64,000 nucleotides of DNA from an uncultured bacterium (lineage in GTDB: Bacteria > Acidobacteriota > HRBIN11 > JAKEFK01): the NCBI GenBank assembly GCA_963777505.1, contig CAVZQN010000005.1:81321-145320 (forward strand). The letters are read 5' to 3'. Positions 34,274-43,715 of the stretch are shown here, piece after piece. Under the pieces are notes generated by a model, which was given only the letters and a program-made list of their open reading frames with translations, ran no database searches and was not told the DNA's origin. The position numbers and the translations under genes were made by a program. Positions within the stretch are counted from its first letter, which is position 1, and each line of letters opens with the position of its first letter.

Positions 34274-34317
34274 AAACGATGTGAGGCAACAAAAATAAAT
34301 AGCCGGGAGAAGAAAAA

Positions 34318-36408
34318 ATGATTAGAAAAATTGATGGCGCGTTCACCGGAACGATTGCTCAATCTGCAGAGCCAGCTAGCGCAGAAAAAACAAACCAACC
34401 AATTCTTGAAAATGCAAAGCAGGTCATTGAAAACTCAAATTTGGCTGTTCGCGAAGATGCTAAAGCACCCCCCGATCTGCGTAACACTCAACTTCAAGAG
34501 AGTGCGCTGGCCGGACAAACAATGGCAGTGCGACTTTCATCAATGATTACATCTTCGCCTGTCACAGAAACAGAGACCGATAAGAAGCCTCCGAAATCCA
34601 CAGAAACTGCGGCGCCGCGTGAACTATCCCGGTGGAAAAATAATGAAGGTACAGACGTTGAGAGTATGCAAACACAGATTAATGAATGGAGGGCACAAAA
34701 TGGAAAACCTCCAATTAAAGTAGACGGCAAATTTGGAGCAGAAACCGAAAAAGCAGTGATTGAATTTCAAAAGGCAACAGGTCTGAAGGCAGATGGAATT
34801 GTTGGAGCGAATACACGCAGCAGACTTCAATTAGAGAATGACGCCAACTTCCGAGCGTTGCCGGATGCGACTAAAAAAGAAGTTCGCGACTCTATGAACA
34901 AATATCAAAAAGATCCTGCAGCACGTGAAAATCTTCATGAACTTGCAACCAGTTCAGCTTTTAAGGGTATGTCACGCGATGGCCAGGAGCTTGCCCTCAA
35001 AAAACTGGCAAAGAACCCAGGAGATGTATCACATGCACAAGACGTGGGTGAGTATGCAAAGGATCGCTCTTACATGGAATCGCATGGCAATTTCAAAGCT
35101 CTCGATGCTACATATAAAGAAAAAGTGCTGAAACAGTTTGATGGTTATGCAGGCAATGCGGAAGCACGACAATCCTTAATGTATATCGCAACCGATGAAA
35201 GTTTTGTCAAATTGACCCCGGATCAAAAAGACAAAGTTCTTAAAGCTTACGCTGAAAATCCAAACTTTGAGACATCCGCCGATCTTCGCAAGGTTATCAG
35301 TAACGAAGCATTTGCTGGAATGGATGATTCGCTAAAAAACCGATCACTCGACATCGCCGTAAAAAATGCGAAAGATACGCAAGCCAGCTTCGATCTCGGG
35401 ATGCTTTTTACGGAAGACAAGTTCGCTAGCTTGTCAAATGCTGATAAGGCGAAAGTGTTGAACGTATTTGAAAATGCTACACCGGCAGGCAGAAGAGAAC
35501 TCCGCCACTTATTAAATAAGGAAGTAAATGGAAAGCCTGCTTTGTTGGCTACTTCTCCTGGCAGCAGTGCGACTACTCTGGATCATCTAAATCGTTTGGC
35601 TGAAACTCCTTTACATTCAGCGATCACAGACAGCACAGGCTCACCTCAAAACAAATCAAAAGTCATGGAGGATGTGCTGAAGGAGATCAACAAGCCGAGC
35701 CAAAATCTGAATCAAGGCAACAAAGGGACATGCACGGTTACCAGCATGACACACACTCTGGCAGAACAGAATCCAGCTGAATATGCGCGCATCGTTACCG
35801 ATCTTGCTACAACCGGACAATCTAAAATTGCGAATGGCAACACGATTACTCCACCCGCAGATGGATTCGCGCAGGACAACAGTGATCGATCAGTCAGCGA
35901 GCGTCTGTTGCAGTCGGCTTTAATGAACTACGCTCGGCCGAGCGCAGGGTATCAAAATTGGAACAAAACCGGATTTCCGACTTCCGGCGGCGGAACTGTT
36001 GATAATGGCTTTCCACCGAATGGAAGTGGTCTAGTTGCGGCTGATAACATGCGGATCATGCAAGGACTCTATGGAAAACAAATGGTAAATCATACCGATA
36101 AAGCTAAGCTTCAGGCCCAAATCCAAAACGAAATTAATAAAGGCAATGTTCCAATATTCACTGGGGTCAATTGGGGTGCGGGGCAGGCTCATGCTATTGA
36201 AGTTTTGAAAATTGAAAATGGCAGGGTTTATTTTAGGAACCCACATGGGCCGGGAGCGGTATCTTCAAATGGCACAATGATGGGTACTGCTGCCAACAAC
36301 ACGAATGCCGGACCGTTGCGCCGAACCGAAGACAGCGCCAATGGCGTCCAATCAATGACCATTAACGATTTCAATAACGCTGTGAGAGACATCATCGTTG
36401 CGAAGTAG
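34318..36408 (+). CDS. Peptidoglycan-binding domain, helical repeats and papain/calpain-like cysteine peptidase
   Basis: [39 protein letters not shown] (PG_binding_1); [14 protein letters not shown] and YFRNPHG give a Cys-His-Asn triad. Confidence 0.8.
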   Translation: MIRKIDGAFTGTIAQSAEPASAEKTNQPILENAKQVIENSNLAVREDAKAPPDLRNTQLQESALAGQTMAVRLSSMITSSPVTETETDKKPPKSTETAAPRELSRWKNNEGTDVESMQTQINEWRAQNGKPPIKVDGKFGAETEKAVIEFQKATGLKADGIVGANTRSRLQLENDANFRALPDATKKEVRDSMNKYQKDPAARENLHELATSSAFKGMSRDGQELALKKLAKNPGDVSHAQDVGEYAKDRSYMESHGNFKALDATYKEKVLKQFDGYAGNAEARQSLMYIATDESFVKLTPDQKDKVLKAYAENPNFETSADLRKVISNEAFAGMDDSLKNRSLDIAVKNAKDTQASFDLGMLFTEDKFASLSNADKAKVLNVFENATPAGRRELRHLLNKEVNGKPALLATSPGSSATTLDHLNRLAETPLHSAITDSTGSPQNKSKVMEDVLKEINKPSQNLNQGNKGTCTVTSMTHTLAEQNPAEYARIVTDLATTGQSKIANGNTITPPADGFAQDNSDRSVSERLLQSALMNYARPSAGYQNWNKTGFPTSGGGTVDNGFPPNGSGLVAADNMRIMQGLYGKQMVNHTDKAKLQAQIQNEINKGNVPIFTGVNWGAGQAHAIEVLKIENGRVYFRNPHGPGAVSSNGTMMGTAANNTNAGPLRRTEDSANGVQSMTINDFNNAVRDIIVAK

Positions 36409-36418
36409 GAGTAAAATC

Positions 36419-37267
36419 ATGAATACAAATATGGAATTGAATCATAGTATGCTCTTTGTCCCTGCTGGAGAATTTAGCATGGGCATCTCCACGGAACAGG
36501 CTGATCAATTTGCGCAAAAATTTCTGAATCTTGAATCCGGAATGAACCCATATCTCTTCTACAATGAAATTCCGGTGCATCCAATGAAGCTTAAGGCATT
36601 CTTGATCAGCAAGAACGAAGTCACCAATCAAGAATATTTGAAATTCGTTCAAACAGGAGGCTATCAAAACCCAGACTATTGGAAAGAACTGATTTCAGTC
36701 GAAGAACCGAACGTGCCAGGAAGCGGCGCAGACAGGATCCAGGTTTTTGTGGATAAGACCGGTAAACCAGGTCCGGCTGTTTGGCAGGATGGAACATTTG
36801 TAAAAGGAAAAGGGGATCATCCTGTTGAGGGGGTATCATGGTATGAAGCCGCAGCCTATTGCCGGTGGAAAAAAGTACGTTTACCAAGCGAGGCAGAGTG
36901 GGAATATGCAGCGAGAGGAACGGATCAGCGTATATTTCCCTGGGGTAATACGTATGAGATTTTGCAGCAGCTGAATTCCGGTGAATCGAATGAAGTTTCC
37001 GGAGCTGGCGCAAGGCAAGATAAGAGTCCCTTTGGGTTGGTTGATCTTGCGAAGAATGTGTCGGAATGGGTTAACGATTCATGGGCTTTATATATAGGAT
37101 GTCCAATCGCCGTGCAATCGTATGATGAACCGATGGGGGTTGTGAGAGGTGGAAACTATTATTCTTCACCCTATGAAATGAGAACAACCTTCAGGAAAAT
37201 GCGACCACGTTCAGATCGATCTGCGGGTATTGGATTTCGTTGTGCAGTGGATTCGGTTCGGCAGTGA
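36419..37267 (+). CDS. FGE-sulfatase (SUMF1/EgtB/PvdO) domain protein lacking the FGE catalytic cysteines
   Basis: VPAGEFSMG, EVTNQEY, HPVEGVSWYEAAAYCRW, RLPSEAEWEYAARG, NVSEW, RGG and GFRC; the RBS overlaps the upstream stop. Confidence 0.9.
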   Translation: MNTNMELNHSMLFVPAGEFSMGISTEQADQFAQKFLNLESGMNPYLFYNEIPVHPMKLKAFLISKNEVTNQEYLKFVQTGGYQNPDYWKELISVEEPNVPGSGADRIQVFVDKTGKPGPAVWQDGTFVKGKGDHPVEGVSWYEAAAYCRWKKVRLPSEAEWEYAARGTDQRIFPWGNTYEILQQLNSGESNEVSGAGARQDKSPFGLVDLAKNVSEWVNDSWALYIGCPIAVQSYDEPMGVVRGGNYYSSPYEMRTTFRKMRPRSDRSAGIGFRCAVDSVRQ

Positions 37268-37435
37268 AGGCAGAATTTAATTTCGAGCTCATTTGAAGAA
37301 GAAAACCGTTAGAAAAACAATAGATATTCTCAAACGCAAACTCATGGACTTTTTCTGTCATTCCTATATCGTGGTGGTCATTGATTTTTGAAATGCGTCC
37401 ATTAGAATTCATGCGAGAGCTACGGAGAAACTTCA

Positions 37436-40400
37436 ATGAGAAGATTGATTGCCATATTTCTGCTTTTATTTGCGCTGAGACAAATTACAGACGCGGCCGA
37501 GCAGCCGTATCTTTTTCAAAGCCCGACGTTAAGCAAAACGCAAATTGCGTTTGCATTTGCAGGCGATCTATGGATTGTCGGACGTGATGGTGGACGCGCG
37601 AGCCGTCTAACGACCGGGCCGGGAATCGAGTCACATCCATACTTTTCACCGGATGGATCATTGATTGCTTTCACAGGTCAATATGATGGCAATACAGACG
37701 TCTTTGTAGTTTCTGCAAATGGCGGTGTGCCACGGCGTCTGACTTATCATCCGGGTGAAGATCTAACCGTTGGCTGGACGCCGGATGGTACGAAAATTCT
37801 GTTCCGATCAGCGCGCTTCAGCGCTCGCGATACACATATATTATTCACGGTTGCACCCTCCGGTGGATTTCCAATAGAACTTCCACTGCACAGGGCCGAT
37901 CACGGCAGTTATTCTCCCGACGCTCAACGGCTTGCCTACGTTCCATTTTTCCCCTGGCAGCCTGCGTGGAAACGATATCGCGGCGGACAAACCAAGCCGA
38001 TCTGGATCGCAAATCTAAAAGATTCCAGCGTTGAGCCACTTCCACGCAATAATTCCAATGACTTCAATCCGATGTGGATCGGAAACGCAGTCTACTTTCT
38101 CTCCGATCGCGAAGGTGCATTCACACTCTTCCGCTATGACCTTTCCAGCAAACAAGTAGAAAAGGTTTTGCCAAATGACAGTTTGGATTTGAAATCAGCA
38201 ACTGCCGGCCCTGGTGGAATTGTGTATGAGCAGTTTGGCTCGATTTATTTGTTTGATGTTGCAGCAAACAAATCGAAACAGATTGCAATTACGCTGGAAG
38301 GCGATCTTCCTGAAGTCAGACCTCATTTCCAAAAAGTAGAAGCTGCAACATTATCCAATGCCGCCGTTTCTCCAACTGGAGTAAGAGCTGTCTTTCAAGC
38401 CCGCGGAGAAATCATCACCGTTCCTGGAGAGAAAGGAGACATCCGCAATCTCACACGAACGCCCGGCATTGCGGAACGCGATCCCGCATGGTCTCCTGAT
38501 GGGAAATGGATCGCCTATTTTTCTGATGAATCGGGCGAATATTCCTTGCACATCCGGAATCAAAATGGTCTGGGAGATGTGCAGAAAATCAATCTTGGAA
38601 ATCCGCCGTCCTTCTTTTATAAACCGCAGTGGTCGCCTGACTCGAAAAAAATCGCATATACCGATAAGCGGTTAAACGTCTGGTATGTGGACATCGCAAA
38701 ACAGAGTCCGGTGAAAGTTGATACTGATTACTACGAAAGTTTTATTCGCGAGCGCGATCCGGTATGGTCACCCGATAGCAAATGGATTGCATATCCAAAA
38801 TTTCTCCGAAATCATTTGCATGCGATCTTCATTTACTCGCTTGAGTCGGGAAAGAGCAATCAAATAACGGATGGCATGAGCGACGCACTGTACCCACAGT
38901 TTGATGACAATGGCAAATATTTGTATTTTGCCGCCAGTACTGATATCGCACTATCTGTTGCATGGTTGGACTTGTCGAGCGTCGACCGTCCTGTCACACG
39001 GTCGATCTATGCAATCGTGCTTGATAAAGATGAGCCCTCACCGGTCGTTCCGGAAAGCGATGAAGAGAAGGGGGCTGCCAAAGCGGAAGAAACTAAAGAT
39101 AAGGAGAAGAAGGAAAAAAAGGTTCCGATAGTCCAAGTCGATTTTGAAAATATCGGACAACGAATCGTTGGTTTGCCGATTCCTGCGCGGAATTACATCG
39201 CAACGGCTTCCGGTAAAGAAGGAAATCTCTTTTTAATGGAAGGTAGTCCTGTGCTTCTTTCCGTTGCAGATGAAATCCCTACGATGACTGTTTACAAATT
39301 TGATCTGAAAGGCAGGAAGACGGACAAATTTCTGGAAGGCATCAAATCTTTTTCGGTTTCTGATGATGGCGAAAAAATGCTGTATGCGAAAACGGAAAAG
39401 TGGTTTTTTGCACCTTCGGAGAAGCCTCCAAAGCCGGAAGATGAAAAAGAATTACAGTTGGATGCTCTTGAAGTTTACGTTCAGCCGAAGGAAGAGTGGG
39501 CCCAAATGTATCGCGAAGTTTGGCACATCGTTCGCGACTTCTTTTATGATCCGGGATATCACGGGCTTGACATCAATGCTGCCGAAAAATTTTACGCAAG
39601 TTTTCTACCGAACATATCCAGCCGCACAGATCTGAACTATTTATTTGAAGAAATGTTGGGCGAATTAACGGCTGGTCATGTCTTTGTGGATGGTGGCGAA
39701 ACGCCAGAGATCAAGAAAGTAAAAGTCGGGCTTCTTGGGGCCGATTATAAGATTGAAAATGGTCGATACCGTTTTGCACGCATTTACAATGGCGAGAATT
39801 GGAATCCACAGCTACGCGCCCCACTAACTCAGCCAGGAGTGAATGTTTCCGTAGGTGAATATTTATTAACCGTAAACGGTCAGACCGTAGATGCTTCGAA
39901 AGAGATTTACAGCTACTTCGAAGGAACTGCGGGAAAATCGACGATCCTTCAAGTAGGAAAAGATCCGGACATTAAAAACAGCAGGGAAGTGACGGTTGTT
40001 CCTCTAGAAAGTGAGACGAATCTACGATACCTGGCATGGATTGAAGGAAATCGTCGCAAAGTTGATGAGCTCAGCGGCGGACGTGTTGCGTACGTTCATT
40101 TGCCTGATACGTACAGCGGAGGTTACTCGAATTTCAATCGATATTATTTTGCACAGGTTGGAAAAGAAGCAGCTGTGATCGATGAACGGTTCAATCATGG
40201 CGGAGATATTGCTGATTACGTTGTTGATTATTTGCATCGCCCTGTGATGAGCTTGATGATGACGCGCGAAGGTTCGCAAATGGCAAGCCCCTTTAGTTCG
40301 ATTTATGGTCCAAAAGCAATGATCATCAATGAAATGTCTGGTTCCGGTGGAGATGCGATGCCCTGGTACTTCCGAAAAGCGGAAATCGGTCCGTTGATTG

Positions 40401-40708
40401 GTAAAAAAACGTGGGGTGGCCTGATCGGGATTTATGATTATCCTGAGTTGATGGATGGTGGATCCATTACTGCACCCCGGATTGCGATTTACGGACTCAA
40501 TGGCGAATGGGAAGTAGAGAATGTTGGAATCTCGCCCGATATCGAAGTCGAGGACGATCCCAAAAAAGTCCGGGAAGGGCATGATCCTCAATTAGAAAAA
40601 GCGGTTGAAGTGGTGCTGGATCTGCTGCAAAAAAATCCACTTCAAAAATATAAACAGCCCGCGTACCCGAATTACAATCAGAAAATAAATCAGACTAAGC
40701 CGGAATAA
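37436..40708 (+). CDS. Tricorn protease homologue (S41 family, PD40 repeats and PDZ)
   Basis: AGDLW, FSPDG, WKRYRGG, GLLGAD, IDERFNHGG, GSGGD, GKKTWGG and ENVGISPD motifs. Confidence 0.95.
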   Translation: MRRLIAIFLLLFALRQITDAAEQPYLFQSPTLSKTQIAFAFAGDLWIVGRDGGRASRLTTGPGIESHPYFSPDGSLIAFTGQYDGNTDVFVVSANGGVPRRLTYHPGEDLTVGWTPDGTKILFRSARFSARDTHILFTVAPSGGFPIELPLHRADHGSYSPDAQRLAYVPFFPWQPAWKRYRGGQTKPIWIANLKDSSVEPLPRNNSNDFNPMWIGNAVYFLSDREGAFTLFRYDLSSKQVEKVLPNDSLDLKSATAGPGGIVYEQFGSIYLFDVAANKSKQIAITLEGDLPEVRPHFQKVEAATLSNAAVSPTGVRAVFQARGEIITVPGEKGDIRNLTRTPGIAERDPAWSPDGKWIAYFSDESGEYSLHIRNQNGLGDVQKINLGNPPSFFYKPQWSPDSKKIAYTDKRLNVWYVDIAKQSPVKVDTDYYESFIRERDPVWSPDSKWIAYPKFLRNHLHAIFIYSLESGKSNQITDGMSDALYPQFDDNGKYLYFAASTDIALSVAWLDLSSVDRPVTRSIYAIVLDKDEPSPVVPESDEEKGAAKAEETKDKEKKEKKVPIVQVDFENIGQRIVGLPIPARNYIATASGKEGNLFLMEGSPVLLSVADEIPTMTVYKFDLKGRKTDKFLEGIKSFSVSDDGEKMLYAKTEKWFFAPSEKPPKPEDEKELQLDALEVYVQPKEEWAQMYREVWHIVRDFFYDPGYHGLDINAAEKFYASFLPNISSRTDLNYLFEEMLGELTAGHVFVDGGETPEIKKVKVGLLGADYKIENGRYRFARIYNGENWNPQLRAPLTQPGVNVSVGEYLLTVNGQTVDASKEIYSYFEGTAGKSTILQVGKDPDIKNSREVTVVPLESETNLRYLAWIEGNRRKVDELSGGRVAYVHLPDTYSGGYSNFNRYYFAQVGKEAAVIDERFNHGGDIADYVVDYLHRPVMSLMMTREGSQMASPFSSIYGPKAMIINEMSGSGGDAMPWYFRKAEIGPLIGKKTWGGLIGIYDYPELMDGGSITAPRIAIYGLNGEWEVENVGISPDIEVEDDPKKVREGHDPQLEKAVEVVLDLLQKNPLQKYKQPAYPNYNQKINQTKPE

Positions 40709-40725
40709 ACTCATGTGCTGCACTG

Positions 40726-42282
40726 TTGCTCCGGAGGCACTGGCTTTTGTATCTGAGTATAATGTGTCTCATTGTTTTTGCTTTCGAATCTGCATGTGAA
40801 GACGTCATTTATAGGAAGAGCTTTATTGTGAGCGCACGATCTGTCCTGAAGATCCTTCTGGCGATTGTATGTTTAGCGGTGGTAGTGATTCTTGTTTTTC
40901 GCATGAATCGTGCAAGGCCGGTTGGCGGAATTGATGAAGGACGTTTATTTCTGGCCGGTGCGACTTCGCTCATGCAAGGGAAAGGTTTTCAGATTGTCCA
41001 ACGAACTCCGCTTTACAGTCTGTTTTTGGCATCATTAGGTTATGCGGCACGTGTAGATCCAAATCAAACGATTCCGGGTGCGCATGAATACGGAAACATT
41101 GAAAATGTGGACGTTGCCACTGGTTTTCTTCAACCACGTTTTCAACGATTGGTTTTAATCGTACAATTGGCGATCTGGATTGCGACACTATTCCTCGTGT
41201 ATAAGATTGGTCGCAGCGTAAACCTCCCAATTGAATGGGCCCTCGTTTTGCTAATCGGATTCATCCCCATCTCCTGGATTCTTGTAACCTATATATATGA
41301 TCCTATTCTGACTCAGTTTCTTCTGGTGCTTGGCCTCTTTAGTTTTTGCGCCTGGCTCAATCATCCCAAACATTTTGGATGGATCTTCCTGAGCGCAGCA
41401 AGTTTCTCGATCAGCGCATTGAGCCGTCCTACTTTCCAGATTCTCACTCCCTTACTTGCATTGATCATATGGCTTCTAGCACGCGCAGGAAAACTGCGAC
41501 AGCTTTCTGCATCGTCGGAAGGAGACGAAAAAGAGAGAGTCCAATATTGGAAAAAGGCAGGGACAAAGGCAGCGATTATTTTTGTTCTCTCGTGGTTTGT
41601 TTTAATCGGGACATACAGCTTACGGAATTATTTAAAACATGGATTTTTTGGTGTTAGTGGCGCAACAGGCCTGAGCCTGAGCGGCAGAGCGGCCCCGTTT
41701 TTGGAAAAAGCACAACCTTTTTTCCCCGAAGAGGTAGGTGAGTTTCTGAAGATCCGTGAAATTCGTGGAAATACCTGGGGTGCCCGCGGCATTAAATGGT
41801 TGATGTCCAGCCGTGGAATGACATGGCCTCAAGCAAATATTTTTCTTGTGAAGGTGTGTACAGCGGCGATCGTTCGCGCGCCGATGCGATATCTAGTAGA
41901 AGTTGGCAAAAGCGTAATTACATTTCATATGCCTAGCGCGCTAAAAGGTGAACGCAGCATCTTAATTCCTTTTTATTTTCTTGACGCTTTATTGATAGCA
42001 TTATTTTTGATTTGCAGCATGATGTGGGTGTCGTTCCATCTGATGCGCGTGTTTACTCCCGTTATCTCTGGTGTATGGTCCGTAGATGACAGTATCATTC
42101 TTCTTTGCCTGGCTGTGTATTGGTACTGTGCGTTGATTTCAAGCGGTGTTGATTATGGCCGCCCCGAACATCGCATTTCTGTTTTGTTTTTGATTCCATT
42201 GACAAGTCTGTTGATCCTTCGCCGTTTTGAATTTTCAAGAAGTCCTGTTCTCCTATCCATACAGAAAAGATTTCACAAATGA
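40726..42282 (+). CDS. GT-C fold (ArnT/PMT-like) membrane glycosyltransferase
   Basis: DE motif after TM1, RTPLYSLFLA, SALSRP and RNY..HG. Real start may be GTG at 40828. Confidence 0.7.
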   Translation: MLRRHWLLYLSIMCLIVFAFESACEDVIYRKSFIVSARSVLKILLAIVCLAVVVILVFRMNRARPVGGIDEGRLFLAGATSLMQGKGFQIVQRTPLYSLFLASLGYAARVDPNQTIPGAHEYGNIENVDVATGFLQPRFQRLVLIVQLAIWIATLFLVYKIGRSVNLPIEWALVLLIGFIPISWILVTYIYDPILTQFLLVLGLFSFCAWLNHPKHFGWIFLSAASFSISALSRPTFQILTPLLALIIWLLARAGKLRQLSASSEGDEKERVQYWKKAGTKAAIIFVLSWFVLIGTYSLRNYLKHGFFGVSGATGLSLSGRAAPFLEKAQPFFPEEVGEFLKIREIRGNTWGARGIKWLMSSRGMTWPQANIFLVKVCTAAIVRAPMRYLVEVGKSVITFHMPSALKGERSILIPFYFLDALLIALFLICSMMWVSFHLMRVFTPVISGVWSVDDSIILLCLAVYWYCALISSGVDYGRPEHRISVLFLIPLTSLLILRRFEFSRSPVLLSIQKRFHK

Positions 42283-43715
42283 AGTCCTCAGCCAGTGAAA
42301 TTTTCCTCACGATCGTGATTCTTATTCTTGTCATTGCTCCCGTAACTCGCATGTTTTACCGGTTCTCAATCACGTACAACGAAGGCTGGACTGTCTATCA
42401 TTCTGAGGAGGTCGCAGAAGGAAAACAGATTTATGATACAAAAAATTCATTTACTCCTGTTGTTTATCCTCCATTGTTTTTTTATTTAGAAGGACTGCTG
42501 GGCAAAGTTCTTGGAGATTTCTTGATGGTCGGGCGGGTGCTATCGCTTCTTGGTTTGCTTTGCACAGCGATTCTTGCTGGTCTGATTGTTCGGATTTATA
42601 CAGCAAATGTAATTGGGTCCATTTTCGCAGCAATCTTTTTTTGTGGAGCTGTCGCTGCAATTGCACCCCAATACGTCGCGATGAATGATCCGCAGCTACC
42701 GGCTCACGTGCTCTCGATTGCAGGATTGTGGGCTTACCTGCGCGCTGTACGAAAGAGTTCTTCACTATGGGTTGCGGCGTTCCTTGTTACCGCTGCTTTG
42801 TTTACAAAACATAATCTGATTGCTATTCCTGCGGCAATTACAATTGATTTGTTGCTTCGATCAAGACGGCAATTGTTGCAATGGTGCTTGTTCTGTTCAG
42901 TTTTTATTGGGATCTTGACGGCATTAACACTCTTGTTCGCAGGACAAGGATTTGTTGATCAGGTATTTGCAGGACGTTATATAAGCGTGGAAAAGATGAT
43001 TGTTCAAGCACGGCAATTCGCAACTTTCACTATTGTTCCACTTATTGTTTCCAGTGTGTGGTGTCTAAGAGCATGGAAAAACTCCGAGCAACGTGTTCTT
43101 GTATTATGGCTGTTTTTCTCAATACTGATTGGATCGATCACTGCGGCTGGATTCGGGACCGCGATGAACATGTTTTTCGATGCATTTCTCAGCATAGCCG
43201 TCATCCTTGGTATTTTGATTTCAAATCTGAACCCGCTACCACAGGCTGTACTACCTCTTCTTGTGTCTGTTTCAATTATTTTTGCCACGGTCTCTGAGCT
43301 GCAAATTTTGTTAAACAAGAACCTGAAATCACGTCTTGTAAAACAGGAAGCTGAATACATTTCAGATGTTCAGTTTCTGAAGAGTCAATCTGGAAGCGTC
43401 GCGTGCGGGAATCCTTTGCTATGTTTTGATGCGGGAAAGCCATTGGAGTTTGATCCATTTAACATTTCGCAGCGGATAATTACTGGAAGGATGAAAGAAG
43501 ATGACGCAGTTCGCCTTTTTGAGACAGGACATCTTCGGGTTGTGCAGATTAAAGAGCAACACTATGAGAAGAACTCAAAACGTACCATTGAACCAGAAAT
43601 GTTTGCCGATACTTTTTTCACGCAGAATATGATTGCTGCAATTCGCGAGAATTACATCGTTGAGCGAAAATCACGGACCGGCAATTTTTATGTTTATCGG
43701 CCCGCACGTTTTTGA
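42279..43715 (+). CDS. GT-C fold (ArnT/PMT_2-like) membrane glycosyltransferase
   Basis: YNEGW, YPPLFFYL, GR.LSL, NDPQ and LFTKHN motifs; ATGA overlap with the upstream gene. Confidence 0.78.
   Translation: MKSSASEIFLTIVILILVIAPVTRMFYRFSITYNEGWTVYHSEEVAEGKQIYDTKNSFTPVVYPPLFFYLEGLLGKVLGDFLMVGRVLSLLGLLCTAILAGLIVRIYTANVIGSIFAAIFFCGAVAAIAPQYVAMNDPQLPAHVLSIAGLWAYLRAVRKSSSLWVAAFLVTAALFTKHNLIAIPAAITIDLLLRSRRQLLQWCLFCSVFIGILTALTLLFAGQGFVDQVFAGRYISVEKMIVQARQFATFTIVPLIVSSVWCLRAWKNSEQRVLVLWLFFSILIGSITAAGFGTAMNMFFDAFLSIAVILGILISNLNPLPQAVLPLLVSVSIIFATVSELQILLNKNLKSRLVKQEAEYISDVQFLKSQSGSVACGNPLLCFDAGKPLEFDPFNISQRIITGRMKEDDAVRLFETGHLRVVQIKEQHYEKNSKRTIEPEMFADTFFTQNMIAAIRENYIVERKSRTGNFYVYRPARF

Noticed and set aside
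36419-37267. FGE-fold gene as a diversity-generating retroelement target
   Set aside because: No reverse transcriptase and no second copy of the 3' end (template repeat) in the window.
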